NCBI GenBank assembly: GCA_903813345.2
Contig: CAIIXF020000001.1
Span: 34,286,001 to 34,350,000, forward strand
Length of the DNA stretch: 64,000 nucleotides
Source: Owenia fusiformis
Lineage: Eukaryota
Direction: 5' to 3'
Shown: positions 53,406-64,000 of the stretch, piece after piece
Layout of the letters: each line of letters starts with the position of its first letter
How positions within the stretch are numbered: the stretch's first letter is position 1
Program-made: the position numbers and the translations under genes
The notes under the pieces: generated by a model
Databases searched by the model: none
Told to the model about the DNA's origin: nothing
The model's input: only the letters and a program-made list of their open reading frames with translations

Positions 53406-55106
53406 ATTATGAAACGTATCACTGGTATATAGTTTTATCATGTTCTTGAGTTTCAGGATGTTCTTTTTAAGAAATGTGACATTTAGATTAAAAATAGCTG
53501 TTTCCATTGCCTCTTTTTAGCCATTTTATTGCCATAGGTTAAAATAACGTATTTTTGTCTTTACAACATAAATCTTTGTTTAGACACTATATCCATATAT
53601 TTGATATTTTATTAATTTGGGACACAATTATTGTATCCCAACTTATTAAAATGTGCAAATCATTATTGAAGACACCAGATGCCAATTATAAGACAACTTT
53701 GTTGTGCCCCTACGTTCAAAAACATCTTCAAAAGTGAAGTCACCTTTCAAAACATGCTCAAGCCCGTAGGGCAATCTATAATACATGTATACTTGTCTAC
53801 TTAATGGCTCAAGAAACTGATCCATTTTATCAGGGTGTATTTCATCGGTCAATTATATAAACTAAGTATAAGAACAGTATTGAGTAGTTTCTTATAAATA
53901 AAGTACTTTCATGCACATCATATTATGTGTACATTGTACTACAAATGAAATTATGATATACATTGTATATACCATATCCATTGAAATGAATTGAAATGTT
54001 GGAATTCATTTTTTCATCCTTTGAAAATTAAAGATTCATTCTATAGTTGAACATTGTTATTATGAGATGAATTCTAAAGATATGTTATCAATCTAGTAAA
54101 ATATATACTCAAAAATAAGAAAGTGATGTGATCTTTAGCAACAGTAAAAGTGTTATCATTTTATTTTATGAAAAAGATGGCTATTAATGAGCTTCATCAA
54201 ACAATCTACCAGAGCCTATGTTTGCTATGGAAATCTAAAATGCCTGAGAAAAACTGAGTCCAAGAAAGGAAAGACATATGTTTTGGGTGTTGATCATGAT
54301 TTCCTCATATACAAGATATACTGTACATATCATTTTATGTTTTAAACAGAAATGGCTTTTAATCCTCACATATCTCTTAAAGGGAGTATCAGATCTAGCA
54401 TAACAACCTTAACAAAACATTGTTTCAATTTGAGAATATTTTGGGTTCATAGCAAGTCTTGCCATGTCTATTTTTTAAAATATTCATACTTCATTTAAGG
54501 AAAACTTAAGATTTTTCAATAAGGTATTCATTTTTATATCAATGTGTTTACCACATTTGTTACTTTCCCCTATTTTATATTTCGAATCCTAAATAACTTC
54601 ACCAATTTATAACATGTTGCAAATCATTTGAGAGATATTATATCTGACATCATTAGATATATAATGTTAGTTCAATTGGTCATGTTGCTTACAATTTTGT
54701 CAACCTTTAGATCTGATTCCCGTTTTAGTTATATTTTGAAATAATACCTCCAAAGGTGAAAACAGTGCATGTATTCCTTTGAGGGTAAATAGGGGTGCAA
54801 TTTTCAAAATGTGAACCATAGGGGTTGATATGCTCTATTATCTGACCATCAAAGAACAGCAAAACCTACCTAGTTGGAACACCTTTGGCACTTTAAAAAG
54901 TGTATAGAGGTTTATTTAACATTAAGTCAGGTGGTCCTGGGACTTTGAAAGTGTTCCATTAACAGAGGTGTTCTACTTCTGTAGGTGTTCTACTTTACAG
55001 GTTTCACAGTGTGTTGATTTTCTATGAAAACACAATAGATGCCAATCTTTGTTACATCTAAAGCAATACTAAGGACCTCTAGCTAATCTAGCTAATCCAG
55101 GGGCTT

Positions 55107-56700
55107 GAAGTAACACACAAAAGCAGCTCAATACAAAATGATGTAAAACTATAAAACACTGATTTATTTCAAAATATATGCAAATGGAATAAAATATCTG
55201 GTTTAAAGTGACAATCTAGCTTAAAGTGAATAGCTAGCTTAAAGTGAATAGTTAGCTTAAAGTGAATAGCTAGCTTAAAGTGAATAGCTAACTTAAAGTG
55301 AATAGCTACTACTTTTTGCAAGGCCTGACTTCGTCGCTAACATGCTAAATATAAGAGTTAGCTGACGTTTGGGAGTCTGACTTACCTTCTAAAGGTTAGA
55401 ACCCGAATCTTAATGAAACCATATCACCTTTGTTCCGTCAACCATGGAGCATTTGCCACAACATCCAAGAGGTAAATCATGGACCGAGAAAATGAATGAT
55501 TTCCTTGTAAGTTTCGGAAGTTTCAATACGAAAAATTACCGAACATATATGAAAACCGAATATTTGTTCGTTGTTTTCACGATTTACAGGTTCGTATGTT
55601 CTTCAATGTTTTGGTCTAAATTATAAAGCATCACCAACAGGTCTTACTCTATTAATCGACTAATACAGCAGACGGCTCATATTTCTACGTAGCATTTCGT
55701 TCAGACAAATAGTGGGACTGTAGATCACGCAGTTTCGTTCGTTGCGTACTTCACTCGAAATTGGTAATTTTATATTGGCTACTTCACTTAGCTTGGCGGA
55801 TGTAGAACATTGCTTAATATTCCTTTTAATTTTCACACCAGACATGCTTGGTTGACACGTCAACAAAGTAAAGTTCAAGGGTCAATGCGTTATTTCGTGA
55901 TAACTACAACGCCTTCCCGAAAGTCAACATTGATGAAAAATGAAAAAGTCGGAAAAGCATTTACACTAATTTCTATCAAATGCTATGTTTATGCATCATC
56001 ATCGACGCAACAAAGGTGATATGGTTTCATTAAGATTCGGGTTCTAACCTTTAGAAGGTAAGTCAGACTCCCAAACGTCAGCTAACTCTTATATTTAGCA
56101 TGTTAGCGACGAAGTCAGGCCTTGCAAAAAGAAGTAACTTAAAGTGAATACTATCTAGCTCAAAATGAATATCGAGCTTAAATTGAATACTATCTAGCTT
56201 AAAATCTATCTGTCTAAATGACCAAAATCTATCTGCCTAAATGACCAAAATCTATCTGCCTAAATGACCAGGCCACCCGCTAGGGCACCCACACTTGACC
56301 CTAAATATATCTCAACAGGGTGGTGAGTATTAGCACTAGAAAGCCTACTGGTAGACCCGTGGCAGGTCCTGGCTGTTTGAAAGTTGAGGCTAATACTGAA
56401 GAAAACATGTGAAGTGTGAATGAAAGTTAAGCTCCCAGCAGGGTTTGATTAGCCTATAGAAAACTGTAAAATGAAATATTTAGCCCTCCATAACAGGGTT
56501 ATAAAAAATATAAAATCTGAATGTCACACACACGCGGACATTGTCATAATTTGTCCCAAATTATCCTTAACATAGGCTTACCACAGGAATATAAAAACTT
56601 AACTGAAAAACATTAAACTGTCACACGCACGTGGGAAAATAACAATATGAAGTACCATTATAAAGGTTTATCCTCCCCTTAATAGCATCCACTACCTAAA
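55107..56700 (-). repeat. Possible 3' LTR/UTR of the Gypsy element, with 18-21-bp tandem repeats
   Basis: agcttaaagtgaatagct and aaaatctatctgcctaaatgacc repeats, AATAAA on the minus strand near 55165, and a purine tract at 56671-56680. No second LTR copy was found. Confidence 0.35.
55309..56134. mobile_element. Young MITE with ~126-bp almost perfect TIRs and a TA TSD
   Basis: 55309-55434 matches the reverse complement of 56009-56134 with one visible mismatch. It interrupts the host repeat aatagcTA|acttaaag. Confidence 0.9.
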
Positions 56701-56982
56701 ATGGTAGTTTATAAAATTATAATCTCATATTACAAAGTAACTGTAAACACCAAACTTTTTATGTGATTTTAATTTTTTTTTTAAACACGAACTACTTTCA
56801 AAATATAAAATTCTCTTTCTAGTTCACCTGTACTTAAATTACCACATTTAGATACACCCTAAAAAATATACCGCAAATTACACCGCAAAATCAGAGGGTT
56901 GCGATTTTTTGAATGCTGCGCAAAGGGTATCTATGTTTTTTTCCTTCATTATCATCTTCATCTTTGTCACTATTTTTATCTC

Positions 56983-59900
56983 TCATCTTTGGTGGCAATT
57001 CTTTAATGTCTCTCCCATTACACATTTGGTAACAGATTCATCATCAGCTTGTTTTATTGTATAGACGTCATCTTTCTTTGATACTATTTCATAAATTTCT
57101 TCTTCATACAAGTCTTGTATTTTGTTCCTTCCACTTATTCGTTTCCTGTTTAATACTTTGCTTCCCATGTTTAGGTCATCTGTCCTTGATTTCTTATCAT
57201 GAAGATCCTTTCTTCTATCAGCTTCTGTCTCTATTCTTTTCAAGGCTATTTGGTTCGCGTCTTGTAGCTTCTGTTTGTGTTGTTTAATCCAATCCTCATC
57301 TTCGTCCGTTTCTCCTTCACTGACATCAAATTGAATGCAGATAGGTAGTCTTGGATGTCTCCCGAACATTAAATAGAACGGTGAGTACCCTGTAGTGCTA
57401 TGTGGTGTGATGTTGTAGCAGTATGTGAGTTCTCGGATGTATTCTGGCCACTTCCTTTTCTTATCTTGTTCTAAAGTTGTAAGAAGTGAATGTAGTGTTC
57501 TGTTGTAAGTTCACACTGTCCATTTCCTTCTGGGTGGTAGGGAGTAGTCCTAGATTTCTTGATGTTGTATGTCTTACACAGACACTTGATTACATTGCTT
57601 TCAAAATTACGTCCTTGGTCACTGTGAAAACGTTTTGGTACACCATACACTTGTATAAAGGATTTCAGCAAGACTTTAGCCACTGTTTCTGCCTTTTGAT
57701 CTTTTGTTGGTTCTGTTACTGTCAATTTGGTAAAAGCATCAGTGATTACTAAGACATTCTCCATGCCATTGGAAGCTTTTTCGAGTAACGTGAAGTCAAG
57801 AAACACTAGATCAAAAGGTCTCTTTGCTGTTAATCGTCCTAGAGGTGTCACAATCTTGTGGTATGGTAACTTACCAAAGACACATCTACTACAATTCTTG
57901 ATCCAATCGATTACATCATTGTGGATTTCTGTCCAGTAGAATCTTTGTCGAATAAGTTTCTCAGTTCTCTCTATTCCTTGTTGTCCAGTATAATCATGTA
58001 GACTTTTCAGTACTTCTTCCCTTAGCACTTCTGGCACAACAGCTTGCATTATGGCTCTGTCATTATCATGCGATTTTCTGTAAAGTATGTTGTTGTATAT
58101 TGAGAGATTCTTCAGCTGTAGCACAAGTTTTCTTTGACTCTTGGTTAACTTCTTTATAACTTTGTTTGTAGGTTTGTACTTTGTCTTTACCATTTCTGTG
58201 ACTAGTGATATATCTTTGTCTTTCTCTTGTAGTTCTCTAAAACCTTCTTTTGTTATACTTGGTAGAAGTGTTGTTTCAGCTGGTGCGATTTCTGCTTCTA
58301 TGGACATCACATTCGAACGAGTATGTTTCAGCTCACAAGATAGATCAGGGATTTGTGTTGTTTTTGTTAAATGTCCAATGACACTCATGGCGCTCACTTC
58401 AAATTGTTCTTCTTTATCGTCTTCTTCCTCATCTGAGCTATGTTCAAGTCTCGATAAGATGTCTGCTGCAACATTGGTTGAGCCTGGCTTGTATTTGATT
58501 TCGAAATTGAAAGAGGCAAGATCTGATACCCAGCGCTGTTCTACTGCAGGCAGTTTCTTTTTGTACATGATGTATGTCAGAGGATTGTTGTCTGTGAAAA
58601 CAGTAAATGTAGAACCAAGCAGGTTATCTCTGAACTTCTCTGTGATAGCCCACTTCAGTGCTAGTAGTTCAAGTTTCTTTGAAGAATAATTTTTCATGTT
58701 CTTTTCTGAACCTCTCAGGGATCTGCTTCCATAACTGATGACTCGGAGTTTACCATTCTGAAGTTGTTGCAATTCAGCGCCCAGTCCCGATGATGATGCA
58801 TCTGTTTCTAGGGTAAAGGGTTTAGAATAGTCGGCAAATGCGAGTACTGGAGCTGTGGATAACATCTTCTTCAATTCATCTTGAGTTTCCGAGCACTCAT
58901 TTGTCCACAGTTTTTCTATGTTCTCTGTTTTCTTTTGTGTTCTCTTTGTTACTTTCTGAACTAAGTTATGGAGTGGTTGAGCTATGCTGGCATAACCTTT
59001 CACAAATCTTCTATGGTAACCAGCCATCCCTAGAAATTGTCGTAGATCTTTCAATGTTTTTGGTCGTTTCCAGTTAACAATCACCTTTATTTTCTCTGGG
59101 TCTGGTTCAATACCTTCTTTGGATATTCTGTAGCCTAGATATGTAACTTTCTTCTTGAAGAAGTCACATTTTCTTAGTTCAAGTTTCAGGTTGTAGTTTT
59201 GTAGGATTGAAAATACTTTTTCAAGTCTTTCGATCATTTCGTCTACTGTCGAAGAGAAAACTAGGATGTCATCGAGGTAGACTAGTAGTGACTTGAACAT
59301 CTCGTCTTTGAAGGCCATAGTCATTAACCGTTGATATGTCGCTGGTGCGTTACAGAGTCCAAATGGCATTCGAAGATATTCAAAAATTCCAAGAGGTGTT
59401 GTGAAGCTAGTTTTGTGTATGTCTTCCTCTGCAACTTTTATCTGGTGGTAAGCGCTCTGGAGGTCGAGGCTGGAGAACCACTCTGCGTTGATCAGTGCAT
59501 CCATGCTCTCTTGAATCCTTGGAAGGGGAAAAACATCTTTCTTTGTATTGTTGTTCAGGTTTCTGTAGTTGACGCAAAGTCTTAAAGAATTATTTTTCTT
59601 CCTCACTATGACTATAGGACTGGCAAAGTTGCTCTCACTTGGTTGTATAATCTTTTTTTGGACTAAAGTGTCTATATGTTCTTTCAGTTCTTGGAATATG
59701 GCTGGCGGTATTCTTCGATATGGTTCATTTACAACAAATCCTTCAGGAGTTGGTATTTTATGGACTATTGCATCTGTGTATCCTAGGTCATTCTCATCGG
59801 ATCCAAATATGTTGTGATATTTCTTGAAAAGTTCTGCTGTCTTATTATACTCCACTTCATTTCCTGGGAAATCTTTCAAAATTTTTTCAATTTGATCATT

Positions 59901-60191
59901 TACATGTTGTGGTACTGTAGTTGTAGTCGGAGTAGATTGTGCATCTTCCATCTTGTTATGTTCAATTGTATTTGTGAGTTCAACTGTACATGTATTCATA
60001 CTACATGTGACCCTGCAGCAGCTAACTGAGGCTGGTTGAACTGTTCCAACAGGAGTTCTCACAGGCAGGAAAACATTAACTTCAGATGGATTCATAATCT
60101 TGATCATTGAACAGCCTGATTTTGCGTCAATGTAGCCTGAGATAAGTACAATGTAGGACGTTCCCTGGTAATGTAGATTCCAATGGTTCAA
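56983..60191 (-). pseudogene. Gypsy pol: RT, RNase H, integrase
   Basis: [40 protein letters not shown], integrase LDF/HSDQG/GQCE. Frameshift near 57505 before the MFGRHPRLP (GPY/F-like) C-terminus. Confidence 0.93.
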
Positions 60192-61881
60192 CTATTCCTT
60201 GTCCTCGGAAACTTCCAGTGTAGACAGGTTCATTAAGTGCTGTAGATGGTGGAATAAGAGACTTTTCTTTCACTCTAATTAAGTGTGTTTTCTGGACTTC
60301 TTTATCTATGTTGTCATCTGGTTCCAGATATTTCAATATGTTCATTCCTATCAAGATTTCTGGGTAGGCTCCTGACTCTGAGTGTACTAAGATTCCGCAG
60401 TCTTTTATTAAGACATCTTTGATTGTTATATCTTCAATTAATAGACCCTTATATGGTATCTTGAGATTGTTCGCAGCTTTGAGATCCAGCATTTGAAATT
60501 GTTGAAGTTCTTTGTTGAAGTGTTTCTCCTAGAATTCTAATGACATCAGGGTGACACTACTGCCGGAATCCATTACTCCAGTTGTTTGAATTTCTCCTTT
60601 TTTTATATTCCATACTGGTGTTTTTCCAACAATCTTTTCCATGTTTGGATGAATAGTTGTATCTGCTGTTACATTTGTTATCACTTCGTTTGATGTGGCT
60701 TCTGTATTACTCTGGTTGTCTATGTTTTGGTTACTTTGATTGTTGTTGAATTGGTTGTATCCTCCTCTATTGTAGTTAAATCCTCTAGATCTGCCAGAAC
60801 CCCTTCTGTTGTTGTACTGACCCCTGTTCTGTCCTCGACCAAATCCATTGTTGAAGTTATTCTGACCCCTAAAGTTGTGGTAGTTTCTTTGGTAGCCATT
60901 GTTGTTGAAATTGTTTGAGTTATTTTCAGAGTTGTCATTGTTATTTCGCTTAAGATGGTTGATCTCCTTCTCGATCTTTTCCTGTTTATCCAAAATCTTT
61001 TGTAGTGTAATTTGTAGTGATGAGTCATTGTCTCTTGAGCTAACTGCACTTGAAGAAACTTTCCGCTGCTCATTTTCATTCAACTCAAATTTGAAAGCAA
61101 TTTCTCTCAGTTGGTGAAATGTGATGTTATTGTTCAAATCTGATATTCTCTGAAGTTCCCATCTTAGTTTAGGCTCATAGGCTCCTACTATCAGTTGTTC
61201 CTTCAGTAATTTATCTCCTTCTAGGTGTTCATGGCTTTGTTTTACGATGTCCATCAGCTTCATCAACGACTGTGTATACTGTGATATGGTTTCATTGTGG
61301 TTTTGTTTCCTTGTGTAGAACTCAGTCATTGATTTGTGTGGTGATTCTACGATACCAAACACTCTCTTCAATGTTCTGTAGATATCCTCAGGTGATGGGT
61401 TGTTTGATAAATCATATATTTCACGCCGTGGATTTGGTCCTAAGTGGTAGATTATATAGTCAATCTTTTCATCATTCTTGTTGATACTCTTTGTTGCTAT
61501 TTTTGCATCTTCACACCAGTCGTAGACATCTTCGTCAGTCTTTCCAAAGAACTTCTGAAGTTTAGGTTTGTTGTAAACAAGTTTCGTTTCAGTTGAGTTA
61601 ATCTGACTTGTTTCCTGATGTTCCTTAGTCATGGTATTAAGAACTGTTGTGTCAAGATTCATGTTGTATTTTTTCTGCAGCGATGTAAGTTCTCTTTCAA
61701 GTTTTATCATTCTCAGCTTTTCTTGTACTTCAACTTTTTCTTCATCCTCTAGTTCCTTGGCTAAGTCATCAATCATCGCTTTCCTGATATCCTTTGGTTT
61801 GACATCCCCTGGGTTAGTCTCCTGTCCCAAGACAAATTTTTCATCCGGTGATTCAAGTGGCGGCACATCTTTTTCAGCCAT
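60127..61881 (-). pseudogene. Gypsy gag and aspartic protease, interrupted by an in-frame TAG at 60529-60531
   Basis: Gag with RKQNHNETISQY, an N/G/R-rich linker, and the DSGS active site; ILIGMNIL follows in the same frame after the stop. Confidence 0.88.
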
Positions 61882-62172
61882 TGTTTTTCATATAAAATGA
61901 AAACGCACACGCAGCGATATGATAAAATACTCTGATTTCGCGTTGTATGTACAAAACTTGCGGAAAATTACACGAAAATGTTTAAAATATATCACCAATA
62001 AAATACACCCTGTTGAGAATATGTATAATTGTCCGGGGTACTAGTCTAATATGACCTTATAAACTTGTAGTACTAGGACATGCACTATACTATGTCCAGT
62101 CTACTATTAATACAAAATTGTTACGTTTGAACATAACTTGTGTCTGGGCTACTATATAGAACATACGGTTAA

Positions 62173-63021
62173 GGTCAGGGTGCATGATGGGAAATTTTCT
62201 GCATTCCTCAATTGAGTCACATGTTATTTTTCAAACAAGAATCACTCCTTCCCTTCATTGTCTATATCTTCCAGTTTTGCACAAAAAGTGCACTTATATG
62301 CCTAGAAAAGACTTGTGAGAAGAATGTTTTGATAAAGTGTATAAAAAACAAGAAAATTCAGTGAAAAAAATCAGAAGATTTTCAGAAATTTTTTCACTGA
62401 ATTTTCTCATTTTTTATACATTTTACAAAACAAACCTTCTCACAAGGCTTTTCTAGGCACAGAAGTGCACTCTTTGTGCAAACTTGGAAGATGTAGACAA
62501 TGTTGGGAAGGAGTTATTCATGTTTGAAAAATAACATGTGACTCAATAGACTAGATGCGAGTAGAAATGATCTTTATTTACATCATTAAATATTCAAAAT
62601 TCAGTCGAAGTGATGTCATATTTGAAATCTACATGTAAAAATACATCTAAAAATATGGTTTCGAAAATTGTTTATCAATTTTGAAAATTTAATATTTTTT
62701 GAAAATGTGATTTCTAGTTCGGGTTGATTCCCCATAGACCCCATATTACAAAATCACAAAAAGTGAAATATCTTTTCTTGTTTTGGACATATAACATTTT
62801 CTTTTACTGGACATACTTAAATTTGCATAACTATTCGATACACAAGGGATATATGAAAATTGAACCACTAAAACCTATGTAATTTAAGTTAAAGGGAACT
62901 TTCTACTATACCCGCCATGCTATCTGACCCGAGCGAGCCACCTGGTGGTGAAACTGGTAACTACCTACTCGCATTTGCGTTATTGAGGAATGCAGAAAAT
63001 TTCCCAACATGCACCCTGTCC
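62173..63021. mobile_element. Fully palindromic TTAA-flanked MITE (Kolobok-like)
   Basis: TTAA|GGTCAGGGTGCATG ... CATGCACCCTGTCC|TTAA. The arms pair to a centre near 62380 once the nested MITE is removed. Confidence 0.85.
62548..62981. mobile_element. MITE copy 3 (AT TSD, CTCF-like motif)
   Basis: Interrupts the host arm gactcaAT|ATtgagg. The opposite arm keeps the empty site cctcaattgagtc. Confidence 0.9.
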
Positions 63022-63272
63022 TTAAGTGGAGGTGCCACATACTGATGTAAAGTTGTCAAACTTAAATTGGACTCTTTTATGCACCAAATATCAAGATATA
63101 CACACTTGAAATGTAGACAATAGATAATGACTGGGTAAGTTGTGTGTTAAATGGAATACACAAAAAGTAATTTATAAAAGTCAACATGTATATTCAGAAA
63201 CCAATGTCCTGGATACTATTTGGCAAGCTGGACTTTTATTTACTCACACCAAATACTACTAGTGTCCTAATT

Positions 63273-64000
63273 CACACTACCCTACCTCGATCGCGCATGC
63301 GCGAATCTTTTGGCTTTCAACCAGGTCGCTTTTGAGTATATCGACTGCTTAGTCAAAAGGTTAATACGTTTGGTGCTCGGAGTGAGTCAATATTGCTATT
63401 CGCTACACTTCAGTGGTGCAATAGTGAAGTCCATGTTCCAAGTTATATGATAGTTGAAGAAAGAATGTAAATGATATCGTTTTAGATTTTAAAATATTTG
63501 ATGTGTCATAGTACACGGTACACAGTTGCAAAAGTTGATCAATACAGGGTACAAGGAATGTAAATTGTTCAATAATACAGGGAGCGAGAAAGTAAGCTGA
63601 TTATACAGACATACTATGTCCCGACCTAATGTACATTTACGTTGCAAACAGTGAAAGTAATGCTAAAAAGGCCGCCTGTTGATGCTTTGAGGTGTCATCA
63701 ATTGTTATTTAATCCAAATAAAGTAAACATTATTTTGTAGATTTAGTCATTAAATTAACAAGAACGCTAGATTATACGTGTTACTAAGGTATCAAATTGA
63801 AATAAAATAACGAAATTAAATATTAACACGTTAATGATAAATGACTATCCGCTCTCAGTATTAATGACTATCTGCTACTCAGAATAATTAAAATTGCCTG
63901 AACTACATGTGAAGAATCTTTCTATAGAACCCCTTGAATGGTCTAATTCACTACCGTCCTCAAAAACTGATCATTCAAAATGTTTTATTCAAATTCACAA
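63273..64000. mobile_element. Probable left end of a larger Chapaev-like element running off the window
   Basis: CACACTACCCTACC exactly matches the right TIR of 1611-1899, followed by the CpG-rich CGCGCATGCGCG. Confidence 0.45.

Larger units (their letters stand above)
56983..61881 (-). mobile_element. Degenerate Ty3/Gypsy retrotransposon (gag-PR-RT-RNaseH-IN)
   Basis: Domain order and motifs are given in the two sub-features below. One in-frame stop and two frameshifts. Confidence 0.95.

Noticed and set aside
53646..53852. Possible upstream ATXN7L3 exon
   Set aside because: No similarity to the expected sequence, an in-frame stop just upstream, and no fitting splice sites.
60529..60531. 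Programmed gag-pol readthrough stop
   Set aside because: The TAG falls after the protease DSG motif, inside the domain, in an element with other lesions; a nonsense mutation is more likely.
53831..62012. CAGGGTGTATTT inverted pair as TIRs around the Gypsy
   Set aside because: There is no TA or other TSD, and CAGGGTG ends are common in this window.

Overview
AT-rich animal (probably invertebrate) genomic DNA; the species cannot be determined from the sequence. The one recognisable host gene is the 3' part of ATXN7L3/Sgf11 (SAGA deubiquitinase module) on the minus strand. It has three exons (39298-39416, 17280-17416, 6190-6290) that splice in frame across introns of about 22 kb and 11 kb; its upstream exons were not found and probably lie beyond the right edge. 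Most of the rest is nested transposable-element DNA: many Helentron/HINE-type non-autonomous elements carrying tandem arrays, MITEs with TA, TTAA, AT, 4-, 5-, 8- and 9-bp target duplications, a 5'-truncated L1/Tx1-type LINE with a 13-bp TSD, and a degenerate Gypsy element. The most unusual item is a 2.2-kb element with CAC termini, about 317-bp TIRs and a 5-bp TSD (Transib/RAG-transposon signature) whose only cargo is a C2H2 zinc-finger ORF. A three-copy MITE carrying a CTCF-like core motif is also notable. Coordinates were counted by hand, and superfamily assignments rest on end/TSD signatures, not database searches.
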